The position numbers were made by a program, and so were the translations under genes. The notes under the pieces are model-generated. The model saw nothing but the letters and a program-made list of their open reading frames with translations. It was not told where the DNA came from and searched no databases. From positions 27,900,001 through 27,964,000 of the forward strand of contig CP158635.1 of assembly GCA_050273025.1 (NCBI GenBank): a DNA stretch of 64,000 bases, read 5' to 3'. Positions 1 to 12,900 of this stretch are shown here, piece after piece. The stretch comes from Cenococcum geophilum (Eukaryota). How positions within the stretch are numbered: the first letter of the stretch is position 1; every line of letters starts with the position of its first letter.

Positions 1-235
1 ATTACTATGCCTAATATTTCTTTATACTAGAGATCTACTATTTTCTACCCCCTAAATTTAGCTATCCTTTATATTAAATTACTTACATTTTCTACCTAAA
101 CTTTCTACCACTTTCTACCCTAAACCCCTACCATTTTCCATCTTACGAATTTACCTACTTTTATATAATAATTTAGCTTTTTTCTACTATAAATTCTATT
201 ACTTTCTATTACCTTCTATACGTAGCCCTCCTTTT

Positions 236-2369
236 TTTTTTTTTTTTTTTTTTTATCCATTGTATTATACTACGTACAATACTGCGCATGCAGCCTTGGG
301 CTATGGCGCTATAGTTCTATATACATAAATCCTTTCTAGGCAGCTTAATATGTACTAGTAGCTATGTCCTAGTAGTTTATAAACCCCTAAACTAGGAGTT
401 TATAGTTTCCTAGTAAAATACTAAGATACTACAACTACTAGGGAATGAGAAAATGGTAAGAAAAACTATAAGAAATCCTAACCCCTGTCCCTGTCCTTTT
501 GCAATTTATTTCTGTCCTTTTGCTCTCTAATATCTTTTACCCAGAAGCCTAGTAGGAGTTACCTCCTTCTAGAATCCTATTAATTTTATTCTTCCATAGA
601 ATCTTCTACACTAGTACTATGTACTAGTTTAGCTGCTTTAAGAACCTCGCAGTCTTTACTATTAGCAAAGTGTTTTTCTTTACAATTAATGCAAAGAGGG
701 GTAGTATGCTTGCAAGGCCTGCCCCCTACCATACAGGTAGGACAGACGTGGTCTTTAGATAGATGTGCAGCCGCACAATATCTATAGGCCCTAGTAGAGC
801 ATCTATCTCCTATATGGCCAAATTTTTGGCAGCTATTACACTGCGTAGTAGGAGAGACTTCAAGGTATTTTACTACCTTAGTAGCTGTACCTGCAATTGA
901 TATCTCTTTTTGTTTGAGGATTTCTTGTCTTTTTTCTTCGTTCTCTATAGTAAAAACTATAGAGCCAAATCTGGTCTGTGGATCGTGTCTTTTTACACTA
1001 GATGAGATCCATCTAGGTAGTCCTTGTATCCTTATAGGATTAAAAGTCTCAATTTCTTCTTTTAGAAGCTTAGAGCCTCCTTCTCCTAAGAAAGGTAGGG
1101 TAGGAACCCCATGGGCTATAATTTGAACCCATGGTTCTAGTTTTTGTTCTCTTTGAAAGGTAAAGCAGTTATGCCAGATTTCCTTATATTTGACTAGGAA
1201 ATCTGCATTATACTCTTCCGTAGTCGTAAGGAGAATATTTTGTTTTCCTTTAGTTCTAGTTATAGATGCTAAAACTGGTTTTTCTACTTGCAGTTTTGAT
1301 GCAAATAGTTGATTGACTTTGTTTCGTATAGAGAAGGTATCTAGAGGTTAGTCCTTTTGGTCTGTAATTAGGACTAGCTTTCTTTCTTGTAGCTGCTTTT
1401 TCTTACTTCTAGTAGAAGTAGAAGGGGTAGGAAATAGTAGTGACGAGGGGGGTAGAGAGGACGAAGTAGGGAGGTCCTTCTTTAGCCTCTCTGCGTAGGT
1501 TTCTTTAGTAGGGGCTACCTCCTTACGGAGAGCTCTTACTTCTTCAACTAGTCCTTTTAGGACTTCTTTTGTTTTTTCTTTTCCTTTTATAAAGGGATTT
1601 TCTCCTACTAGGATACTACGTGTATAGTCCTCTAGCTGTTTAACTTATTCCTTTTTGTCGTCTTTTTCTTCTAGCCCTTTATAGGCCTGAGTTAGGCTAT
1701 CTAGAGCCTTTTGTAGGTGTTGTTCTGGAGAAAGGGGAGAGAAAGATATACTAGGTATACCAGCCGTAAAAGTCATTTGTTTGGTTGTCTTTTTTGTAGG
1801 TTTTTGGTTTTCTTTTTCAGTAGAAGACTGAGGATGTCCTCTTTTTTCTCCTGTCCCAAATAGGCTAGGAGGAGGGAAAGGGCCAGGAGAAGGAGAAGGG
1901 CTAGAAAAAGTGAATGTAGATATAGACTCATTATCACTTATTTCTATAGGTTTCTTTTTAGGCCTGCCGGGCCTTAACATTTTGTGTCTTATAGGGGGTT
2001 TCCTAGTTTTTACTATCCTTATACCCTTTCTCCTTACTAATCCTACTAGAAGATTTCTGGAGAGATTAGGCTAAAAGGTAGTAGAGAAACTAGCCCCTAT
2101 TTTGTTATTGGTGGTAGTGATAGTAGTAGTAGTAGTGGCTTTGGTGTTCCTATCCGTGCCTCGCTTATAAGCTAGGACCACCCCTAAGAAGAATTTTCTG
2201 TTGGGGGAAAGGGGGTAAAACGACAAATAAATCCACCTCTAGCTCGCTAGGCAGTAGGAATTAGGTCTTGAAAGTTGGAAAATCAATTGTTTTTGGTGGT
2301 GAGATGGGTATGCGTAAGTTTTGAAGTGTGGCGCTACCTTTTGGTAAGGTTGCATGTGTGGTATAGCTT
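236..2369 (-). mobile_element. Non-autonomous non-LTR retroelement carrying only LINE ORF1
   Basis: Poly(T) 232-254 is the minus-strand poly(A) tail. 13-bp TSD tagccctcctttt at 223-235 and 2370-2382. One gag-like ORF, no endonuclease or RT. Confidence 0.85.
586..1980 (-). pseudogene. LINE ORF1 (gag-like) with C-terminal Cys/His zinc knuckles, RIP stops
   Basis: Frame runs from ATG 1980 (MLRPGRPKKK...) to TAA 586-588, 465 codons. It ends QCNSCQKFGH...HVCPTC...CKH...LCINCKEKHFANSKDC. Confidence 0.85.
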
Positions 2370-2491
2370 TAGCCCTCCTTTTATATATTACCTAATTATA
2401 AATAGAAACTATACTACTTTGCTAATATTAATAGGTTAGTAAGAGATAATTCTACTATAAAGCAATTGTTACTACCTATGTGGATATATTC

Positions 2492-2901
2492 TGTTACAGA
2501 CCTTATATTGGCAGTAGTACGACTACTAAAAAGAGACATAAACGGGTTAGTTAAGACAGTATAGAAGGCGCTAGAACCGATCGAGCTATAGGACGAGGGG
2601 TAGCTAAGTTATATGGCCAGTTACGTTATAAGTTCGGAACGTGGGAACGTAGGAATATGGGAACGCGACGTACTGATATACTAATGTACTAAACCTTTAC
2701 TATAGGGAGGAGTTATATATTTAAGGACGTATAGTCTCTATAGATAGTTTCTCTTCTTTATAGTGAATCTTAGAATATAATTAGAGTTAATTTATTAGGT
2801 AACTACTCCACCAGTTATATTTATATTATTAACTATGCTATACCTATATACCTAGCCCATTAACAAGTCCACCGTAGTATTTCCTATAAGGCTTTATTAT
2901 A
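2492..2901 (+). repeat. 5' LTR of Gypsy A
   Basis: Starts tgttac. Its 3' half matches the C/D/E LTRs. Followed by gag ATG at ~2941. Confidence 0.8.
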
Positions 2902-3207
2902 TATTCACTACTAAGGTTATAGTAAAGGAGGTTAAATAATATGCTACCAAAAGCAGTAGCCATAACGCCGTTAACGGCAGCAACTATATCTGGATTAGGT
3001 AATAACACTAGTATAATAAACACTAACTCTTAGCCAGTTACCGTTAGACAGCTATAGGAAATAGTTAATTAATTAATAGATAATAATAAGATACTTAAAG
3101 ATAGGATTAATAGGATTGGAGTAGCTAAGGTTAAGTTACCCTTAATTAAGTGATTCTTAGGGGAGAAGTTAAAACTTAAAGGATTCCTTACGTAAATACA
3201 CTTTAAG

Positions 3208-3432
3208 TGTTACGGCACTGGCAGAAAGCGGCAGCTATGGTAGACGTTATGGTAGACGCAGGGCTCACGTGACTCTTACGTGACTAGGGATTGTATATAA
3301 CTCCTCGCGTTACTACTTATCCTTTCCTTTCCTTTTCTCTAGCTTTAGATTCTTGTTTATAGACAATCTAATTATACAGGCTTGCACGACCCTTTTACCG
3401 TGCTTATGTCTTAATTGATTAAGTCGCTAACA
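3208..3432 (+). repeat. 5' LTR of Gypsy B
   Basis: Direct repeat of 9741-9965, TG...CA ends. Confidence 0.95.
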
Positions 3433-3640
3433 TTATCTAAAGCTTACTCTACTCTTTCTTCCTAAGAAGGAACTTAAATATATCTGCAAGAACATAGAAT
3501 AGGACCCTAAGGACATCGCTAGGACCATAAGGACAGGACCTAAAAGAAAAGAATAGAACCCTAAGGAAAGAACCCACAAGACACGCACAGACTAGAACCC
3601 CTAAAGAAATTACCCAGAATTACCTAATACCCCTACCACT

Positions 3641-4744
3641 ATGCCATAAACCACAGCAGTAGGCAAAGCAGCTATAGGACCCTTAAATACTTTAGATAAA
3701 GAAACAATTAACGTTTTAACCCCCTAGGCGGAGCTTACGGCTACTAATACCAAAATTAAACGACTACAAGAGCTACTCAAAGCTAGAGATACCCCTATAT
3801 CTAATAATAAGTCATTATTAGATAACCAAAGACTTGCTATAGTCCTTTAGGCCCTATCCCAGCGCCTTAGTGGACCCACTAAGGTCTATATAGCACTGAG
3901 GCGGTTAGCAAAGGTTACGGATCCCCCGCTACTTATAGACGGAACCGACCCTATATTTAATAATTAAAAGCTTTAATTACGGGATAAGCTTAAAGTTAAT
4001 GCAGACCACTTCCCTAACGCCCGAGCCAGAATGGCCTACATTTTCGGCCGTACTGGCGGAGACGCCTAGACGCATTTACGCCCGCGATACACTAAAGACT
4101 TAGTAGACCCCTTTATCTCTAAAGAAGAAATAATTAAATACTTATCTTTTATTTATAAAGACCCTTTTAAAGTATAAAACGCCCGCCTTAGCTATAAAAG
4201 CCTAAATATAAAAACAACGGAGACCTTTTCGGCCTTCTAAACCCGCTTTCTACACCTAGCCGGATAGGCCTAAATCCCCTAGGAAGACCTACTGCCAGAC
4301 CTCTTTAATAAGCTTACCCTAGACCTACAACGGGCCGTATTACTAGCTTATATTATAGTATAGACGTTAAAGGAACTTATAGATTATTGCCTAGCTATTA
4401 ACTAAGGCCTCCGTTAAATTAAGGCACGCGCTAACCGGCTAAAAACTAGAAACCTTATAAACTAGGCCGCAAGTACTGCAAGTACGGCCTATAGTGCCCT
4501 AGCATAATCGGCAACTCCTACAGTTAACCCAGCAGCTAGCCGCGCAGCTACCCCTACTGCGGGCCTAGTATACACCTAGCCTATATACAGTAACCCCTAT
4601 ATATAGGCCCTTAGTGATTAAGGAGCTTACTTCTTATGCGGTTAAATAGGCCACCCTATAAGAAACTACCTAATAAAGGTAAAGATAAATGAGGTTCTGT
4701 TAATTTAGGAGGATAGTACGGAGCCGGAAAAAGAGGAACCTTAG
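3641..4744 (+). pseudogene. gag: gag of element B
   Basis: ATG 3641 to TAG 4742-4744. Retrotransposon gag motifs (DPPLLIDG...KLKVNADHF) and a degraded CCHC knuckle near 4630-4670. Confidence 0.8.
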
Positions 4745-6722
4745 AGGAAGACTCCTCTCTAGGGTTAAAAGGGATTAATATATCACATATTAATCTAAGT
4801 CGGCTAGTTAGTGGAAGAAGCTACACTATCCCTTATACTTTATTTCGTAATAGATATTAAGTTTTAACCTTTACTTTAGCTAACTTAGGAGTAAATACCT
4901 TTACCTTAATTAATATAAAGTGCGCTGTAAAACTGGCTGACTTTTTAAATGCACCCCTTAAAGAACTGCCTAAACTAGTCCCTATTCGCGGTTATAACGG
5001 ACGAATAGGACTACCTATTACAACTATCTTGCGGATTTACCTCCGCGTTAACGGACGAAGGTAGTATAATATCCCCTTCCTTATTACGGACCTTAGAAGC
5101 TATAATATAATTTTAGGGAGAAAATAGCTAGCCTATTTAGGCTTATAGCTTAATATATAGAATAGGCAGCTTATCTGGCCCGAAACTATACCCTTAACGC
5201 CTTTCTTTATAAAAGAGATTAGTATTATAATGGAAAACCTTATACGGCCGCAGATAAACACTATTTACTAGGCTAATGCAACGCGTAGGGACTAGGCTTT
5301 TAAGAAGGATATACAGCTTAATCCGTAACGGATCTATATACTACGCCGCCCCCAGACTGCTTATGTTATACCACCCGTACCAAAGACTTAGGAAGTCGGT
5401 AGTGGCCTAGCTAAGTCCCTAATAGAGAACTTAGGCCCTACACAGCTATAAAGAAAGGCTAGGGATATTAGACGACACACTAAACTAATAAACTAGAAGG
5501 ATAACTTGCGGAAAATGGAACGTAAGCTGAGAAAGACTATAAACCCTATACCGCAAAATACGGCCTAACGAATATCCGTAAAGAAACCTACAAACCTCCC
5601 GCCAGTTAATATCTGCTATATTGGCGCCATAGGATTCTACTAAAACCTAGTTCAGCCTAATACCGTTGCCTTTATAACTAGCTTATACAAAATTAATCAA
5701 ATAATTAAAGAGAAAGAAGCCCTAGCCTAAGAGAAAGGCGAGCTTATAGACGAGGAGCTAGTAGAACAGAAACTGCCCCGTTAATACCAGAAATTTAAAA
5801 ACACCTTCTCTAAAGCAGCATCTAATATACTCCCGCCTTACCAACCGTATAACTATAAGATTAAAATTAAGCCGGATAAAGTGGTTACCCTTAGCTATAG
5901 CCCCCTCCGACAGTAATTTACTGCCGAATTATAGGCCACAAAGTAGTATTTTATTAATAACCTGGATAAGGGCTTTATTAAGCCTAGTTAAGCCCCTTTT
6001 AACTTACCTATTCTCTTTACTAAAAAGCCAAATAGAGGACTTCGTTTCTGTATCAACTACCGTAAGCTTAATAATTTAACCCTTAAAGACCGCTACCCAC
6101 TGCCTTTACTTAATAAGACTTTGGCCCGAATAAGTAGAGCTAAGATCTTTACAAAGCTTAATATCCGCTAGGCTTTTCACCGGATTAGAATGGACCCTAA
6201 ATTAGAAGACCTTACTACATTTCGGACCCGTTACGGAACGTATAAATGCAAAGTACTGCCTTTTAGACTAACTAACGGACCGGCCACATACCAACGATAT
6301 ATGAATGACGTACTATTTGACTACCTTAACGACTTCTATACAGTATACCTAGATGATATTATAATCTACTTTAAAAACAAACTGGAATATAAAGAGCATG
6401 TCTGTAAAGTCCTATAATAGCTTTAGGAAGCTGGCCTCTAAACTAATATTAAGAAGTTAGAATTTAGTGTTAAGCGTATAAAGTACCTAGGGTTTATTAT
6501 TAGTATAAATGGGATCGAGGCAGACCTAGAAAAGACGGCCGTAATTAACTAATGGGTACCCCTAAGGACCGTAAAGGGGGTGCAGTTATTTTTAGGGTTC
6601 TGTAACTTCTACCGACGCTTTATTAAGAACTACAGCAGGATTACCCGGCCACTAAGCCTACTTACCTATAAGGACCGGCCCTTTTACTTTAACACTATAT
6701 GTAGGCAGGCCTTTGACGAGCT

Positions 6723-7571
6723 CAGGGTTGTTTTGGATAAATCTTATCGCGATAAGACGGAATGGATATCCTTATCGCGATAAGGATATCCATTGCATTT
6801 TATCGCGATAAGTCTTGGCATACCCCAAATAATCTTTCAGTCGCCTTCTTCTTTATTATTATATAAAAATAACTAATTTAAACCTAGTAAATAAAGTTAT
6901 ATTATCCTTTTCTTTTAAATATTAGTAGGTGGCTCTATATATAGCTCTACATCTAGCTTTACGCATGGAAGCTTTGTATACAGAGGCTCCGCACGAAGCT
7001 CTGCACAAAGCTCTGCGGAAGCTCTGCACAAAGCTCTGCGCAAAGCTCTGCAGAAGCTCTGCGCGAAGCTCTGCGCGAAGCTCTGCGCGAAGCTCTGCAC
7101 GAAGCTTTGCGCGAAGCTCTGCACGAAGCTCTGCGACGGAGGCTCTGCACGAAGCCCTGTATACAAAAGCTCTGCACGATGGCTCTGCGTACGACGGTTC
7201 TGCATACGACGGCTCTACTACGGAGGCTCTATATAAAAGCTTTGTGCAGAGCTTTGTGCAGAGCCTCCGCAGAGCTTCGTGTAGAGCTTCATGCAAAGCT
7301 TTATACAGAGCCTCGTGCAAAGCCTTGTGCAAAGCTTCATGCAAAGCCTCCATACGCAAAGCTTTATGAATATCTGCCAAATTCTACCAAATTCTGCTAA
7401 GTCCACCGAATTCTGCCAAATTCTGCAGAATTCTGTCCTATTCTGCTTGGTTGGGGTAGAAAAGCCCCGCATAGGGCACTTTTATCCTTATCGATTGTGA
7501 TATTTTATGCATTTTCTATTGGATAAAGGATATTTTATGCTCGCTTATTCGCATTATCCAAAACAACCCTG
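6723..7571 (+). mobile_element. Non-autonomous hAT deletion derivative (849 bp)
   Basis: TIR cagggttgttttggataa at both ends. 8-bp TSD gacgagct (6715-6722, 7572-7579). Ends match the hAT at 31445-34000. Confidence 0.95.
6930..7370. repeat. 12-bp minisatellite (aagctctgcacg-like) with an internal orientation flip
   Basis: Tandem aagctctgc(a/g)cg units to ~7230, then reverse-complement units (tgtgcagagct) at ~7240-7370. Confidence 0.9.
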
Positions 7572-9740
7572 GACGAGCTTAAGAAACGACTAGTCTTTGC
7601 TCCCTTACTTACCCACTTTAACCCAGAACGGCCCTTAATGCTAGAAACCGATGCCTTAGATAGTGTTATAGCTAGCGTTTACTCCCAAAAGCAGATAAAC
7701 GGAGAATGGCACCCTGTTGCTTACTATTTGAAGACTATAATAGATGCTAAGCTAAACTACCCGATTCATAACAAAGAAATATTGGCTATTATCTATAGCT
7801 TTTAGCACTAGCAAGTATAGCTAGAAGGGACCCCCAAACCTATCTAAGTGGTTTTAGATTATAAGGCCTTAGAATATTTCATAATAATAAAAGCCCTTAT
7901 AGCCTGGCAGGCGCGCTAGGCGGATATCCTATCTTAGTTTAACTTCCTAATTATATACAGGCCAGGCGCCACTAACCGTGCGAATGCTCTTATAAGACGT
8001 AAATAGGACCTAAATGACCAGATGGCCGCGAAGATCTCATTACGGACCTAGACGCTACTATAACCAGAGTACCTTGACCCTTAGATACGGGAAGAACTAA
8101 GTACTAAATCTTTAAGCGCCGAGATATGTCCCATCGACCCCATAGAATTTAACCTTATTAATAAACTACTGTAAGTAAACCGTACGGACCCTTTTCTACA
8201 GGAGTACCGCGAAAAGGCAAAGGATGTTACCAGCCTATGGTCCCTTAAAAATGGACTGCTTAAGCACCGGGAACGGCTAGTAGTAGTAGAAGAACAGAAC
8301 TTACGAACCCGGCTTATTACCAAAGCACATACCTAGGTCTCTACGGCCTACCCCAGAAAAAATAAGACCCGTAAGATTATTAGTAACCGTTACTACTGGC
8401 CCGGAATAGTTATAGATATTAACCGTTATATACGGAACTGCAACGACTGCTATAGGTCTATGATTCCACGAGATAAGACCCTAGGACTATTAAAGCTACT
8501 CCTAATACCAGAGCGCCCCTAGCAGTATATCTCTATAAATTTCCATAAACTACTAGTGGACCGTAACGGGTATAATATAGTTATAATCTTAGTTAACCGT
8601 TTTAGTAAACGCCCTTTCTTAATCCCCTGTTACAAGAATATTAATGCTAAAGAGGCGGCCTAACTATATATCTATTACATCTACCGAATTTACGGACTAC
8701 TAGACACTATTATATTAGACCGCGGACCGCAGTTTATATTAGCTTTCTGGAATAAGTTTACTTAGATCTTAGGAATTAGGCTAAAGCTTTCTACGGCGTA
8801 TTACTCCTAGACAGACGGTTAGACGGAGATTATAAATTAATACTTGGACTAGAGACTCCGGCCCTTTATTAACTACTTCTAAGATAACTGGGGCGAACTG
8901 CTACCTCTAATAGACTACGCCCAGGCGACCCTACCCCACGACTCTACGGGATTCGTACCTATCTAACTAGAAATGGGGTATCTACTATAAATAAGCTTTA
9001 ACTGGGATAGACCAGAAGGACTACGGACTATACGCGAGAAACTGTCTTATAAGGAAGCCTAGCAGTACGCCAAGCGCTTAGAGGAAGCTTAGACGGTAGC
9101 CCGTATAAATCTAGAAAAGGCCTAAAAATTAATAAAACAGTAGGCAAATAAGCATAGGCGCGAGCCCGACTTTACCGTAGGTAATATGGTCTAGGTTATA
9201 ATAAAGAACTAGAAGACGGAACGGCTAAGTTATAAGCTTAATTATTAGATGGCAGGACCGTATAAGGTCCTTAAGAAAATAGGCAACTTATATAAAGTAG
9301 AGCTCCCAGATTCAATTAAGGTTTACCCTATCTTCTCGCCGGATAAGCTACGAAAGGCAGCGAACGACCTATTACCTAGACAAAAGAACAAACCCCCCCT
9401 ACCAATTTAAGTTAATGGCGACGATAAATAGGAAATTAAAGAGATACTGGCCTGTAAGCTAGTAAGGAAAACGCTAAAGTACCGCGTTAGTTGGAAAGGC
9501 TATAACCCAGATCCTACCTAGTACCCTGCATGGAACTTTATTGGCAATCCCTATAAGCTTTAAGAATTCTATAGCTGTTACCCTAATAAACCGGGACCGC
9601 TAAAGTACCTAAACGAATGGATGGAATGCTAGTATAATAAAGATAATAAGCTACCGGAAGAGTATAAAGATAAGAACACCCTACGGGCATAATACGGACA
9701 TATAAAGCCTAAGGGCAGGCTTTTGCGGAGGGGGGGGTAA

Positions 9741-9965
9741 TGTTACGGCACTGGTAGAAAGCGGCAGCTATGGTAGACGTTATGGTAGACGCAGGGCTTA
9801 CATGACTCTTACGTGACTAGGGATTATATATAACTCCTCGCGTTGCTACTTATCCTTTCCTTTCCTTTTCTCTAGCTTTAGATTCTCGTTTATAGACAAT
9901 CCAATCGTATAGGCTTGCACGACCCTTTTGCCGTGCTTATGTCTCGATTAACTAAGTCGCTAACA
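9741..9965 (+). repeat. 3' LTR of Gypsy B
   Basis: Direct repeat of 3208-3432. Confidence 0.95.
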
Positions 9966-12900
9966 TTAAGGTTACTTAAGAAGGAGTTAAACTAGGAACG
10001 CCTATAGATTAAGTTGCTTACGCAGGACTGTTCTTAATAGGAAAAGCACTTAAGTAGTTTAAACCTTACCTTATGGAGGTATAGGAATACGGAATAATAA
10101 CTATTTGTACTAATTTAATAGCACAAGTAAGTCGTATCCACGGGCACGAAATACATGTAGTATCGTATGCTTGTTTGGATTGTGACTATTGATTGTATAA
10201 AGCAGACTACGTGGTCTATATACTGATACACCTCCCCCCTAATTAGTTAGTGCTTCATAAGTGCACTAGACGCGTAAGCGAGTGGTTGGTATAACGGGTG
10301 CTATAATTATACACTAGCGGTACTTAAAAAATGAAACCACCTATATACAGCCTCCATAATTGCTTTAATAAAACTATAAAATATAAAGGAAAATACATAG
10401 GAAATCTCCCCTAGGTGTTTTCTGGGCTGCCTTCTAAACGGTACTCTAAGCTGGCCGTAAGTCCTACTTACGGTCCGTAAAATGAACTATATGGCCTTTT
10501 AACGGGCCGTAGACGAGCCGTAAGTTAGATCTTAAGGGCCGCCAAGGCGCTAATGCTAAGCGAGCCAATGACGATTTTCTATCCTGGGGATGGAAAATCG
10601 TGATTAGTTAATTTAACCAACGTAGTAGGATAATAGGCCGTATAAGCCATACGGCCTTCTAACGGGCCGTAGACGTACCATAGATGCTCTATTAGTCTCG
10701 TTCTACCCATTCTATAACTTCTAGGTTAAGCTTATTCGTATTAATTAGGGGTTTAAGGGCTTAATACGGCTTTACCTTAGTTATAGCGTCTACTAGGTTG
10801 TTTCCGCCGCTAATCTATTTAACCTCTATAATCTTGCGTTGTTTATAGGCTTAACGTAAGCACATTAGGTCGACTATAAGCCTCTTCTCTTATGTTATAC
10901 CTAGCTTAACTAAGCAGTCATAGAGGGACTTTAAATCGGTATATAAGACTAAGGGTAACTACTCTAGTTATAGGATCTTCTGGACTGTTAATTTGATTAC
11001 GGCTGCTATATTAAAGCCATAGGCTAGTACATATAGTTTAGAAGCTAGTACACTTTAGGTTACTTATTTACACTTAATTAAAGACTAGTACAGTATATTT
11101 ATATCCTAATTACGGTCCATAAGTATAATTATAAAGCCGATTTATAATAATAGGTCTTTATTATTAGTAAAGGAGGCGTCTATAAATACTAGTAAGCTAA
11201 GGGAACTTAGGTCTAGTAGTATAAAAGTAAGTCCACTTACTACATTATTAATTTGCCACTAAATGCGCTTATTAAGCTGCTTAATATTTTCTTCTTATAG
11301 ATCTACTACCTAGGCCGTAAAGGATAAGTTATAGGCAGATTTGGGTTGGCAGACTATAGCAATATAGGCGCCTCTTACACGCTATATAGCGTATTAATCC
11401 TTTATATTTATAGTCTTACGGATCTCTCTACGGGAACTAATAAGGTCCGTAGGCTTTACTATAATAAGCTTTAGGTTTTAAGCTTAGCGTTCCTAGGTTA
11501 GCTAAATTAAGTTGCCCTTTTATATAATTAAGCCTCTATTAAACTTAATTAGAGTCTACTTAGTTAACTGCTCTTACAGCTTTGCTAGGAACTTAGCTTC
11601 TTATAGTTTAGTCTCTTTAGCGTCCGCAAATATCCGGTCTGCTAAGAAGAGGGTATTATCTGTTTAGAGTCTAACAATACCAAGGCCGTTTAATAGGCTG
11701 TATAGGAGGCAGGGGTTATAGGTTAACTATTCCATTTTAAGTTTACTAATATAGTGCTAGTGGTATATCTTAAACCAATAGTTTCCGGCTTCTAGTACTC
11801 TATAAAGAGGTTTTACGACCCATAAAATTGTTCCTAGTTATAGGTTAAGCTTATAGGGTAGTCGTATAAAGATATCCCTACTTAAGTAGGTATTAAACTG
11901 CATATAGGCTTATGAGATATCCCATAAGTAAAGGGCTACGGATTTAGTTTGCTGTAGTCTAGGCATAAGTGCGAGTATAATCCGTTAACTAACCCATTAA
12001 ATTATAGGCAATTGCGTAAGGACTAGGTCCTTTCCCTAGTCGTTATAAGCTTATATAATAAGCCTTAATTTCTTAAAGGCTTTATTAGTACTAGGGTGCT
12101 TAATCTTATTAATAAAGCGTAAGTTAAATATACAGACGCCTTACAGAACGTCTCTCTCTATTATAATCGCAAAGACACCCTTTTTAAGTAGTCCGTTAAT
12201 CTCTTTACGCCATAAGTCCGTAAAAGGGGTTTCCTATACTAGAACTAATATATCCATAGGTGGAGATTGCTTTGCGGATGTGCCTATAGAGGTTAAGTAG
12301 TTCTCCGTTATAGGATTCTTACGGGGGCGTCCTCGGCCACGCTTTACGGCAGGTTTAGTAGGTTTAGTAGGTTTCTAGGGGACCTTTAGGGTAGGTAAGG
12401 GTGCCTCTAGTTTATCTAATTCGGTAGTCGCTTCTAGTTCATCTAGTTCGGCGGTTACTTTTAGTTTGTCTAGCTTAACGTTATAGGTGTTTTTGGGCCG
12501 AAAGTAGGGTTTTATAGACGTGCTTCTAAAGCTAGTTAGTCCGCTAGAAAGCTATATATAGCACGTCTCGTTTTCTACGGCCAGTAGATGGTAAGGTCTA
12601 TTCTAACTACCGCTTTCACGCCATATAAGGACTTCAGAGTTAAGCGGGAGGTTATATACTAAGGTTGTATTAGGTCCGTTACGGTAGTATAGGGCGTTAT
12701 TAATAGTTTGTTTAGCCCGTAATTTGACTATTTCGGCTATTGCCTTCCGTATTACAGTTGCTCGTTCCGTAATAGATGGGGTAAGGGGGCCTAGGTTACT
12801 TATCCTTAGGTAAGCTCTATAAACCAAGAGGGTGGGTACTAGTCCGTTAGGGCTAGCGGTGTCGTTAACGGCTTTTACGGCTATCTGTAAAGCTAGTTCC

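Larger units (their letters stand above)
4720..9692 (+). pseudogene. pol: pol (PR-RT-RNase H-integrase-chromodomain) of element B, interrupted by hAT derivative
   Basis: RT YLDDII at ~6346. FLGFCNFYRRFI. RNase H LETDA. Integrase HPQTDGQTE-like motif. Chromodomain YRVSWKGY at ~9480. Confidence 0.92.
3208..9965 (+). mobile_element. Ty3/Gypsy chromovirus B (Maggy-like), full length, RIP-inactivated
   Basis: 225-bp LTRs tgttac...taaca. 5-bp TSD ttaag (3203-3207, 9966-9970). Purine tract before the 3' LTR. gag and pol order. Confidence 0.95.

Noticed and set aside
1..231. Flank 1-231 plus 2383-2491 as a gene or TE fragment
   Set aside because: RIP-like AT-rich sequence with no motif I could recognise, so it is left unassigned.
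6915..7500. Cluster of overlapping ORFs in several frames
   Set aside because: Artefact of the same satellite and its inversion.
10097..10105. Apparent 9-bp TSD (ataactatt) for the Copia element
   Set aside because: The last four bases are the RIPed LTR start (tgtt->tatt). The true TSD is the 5-bp ataac.
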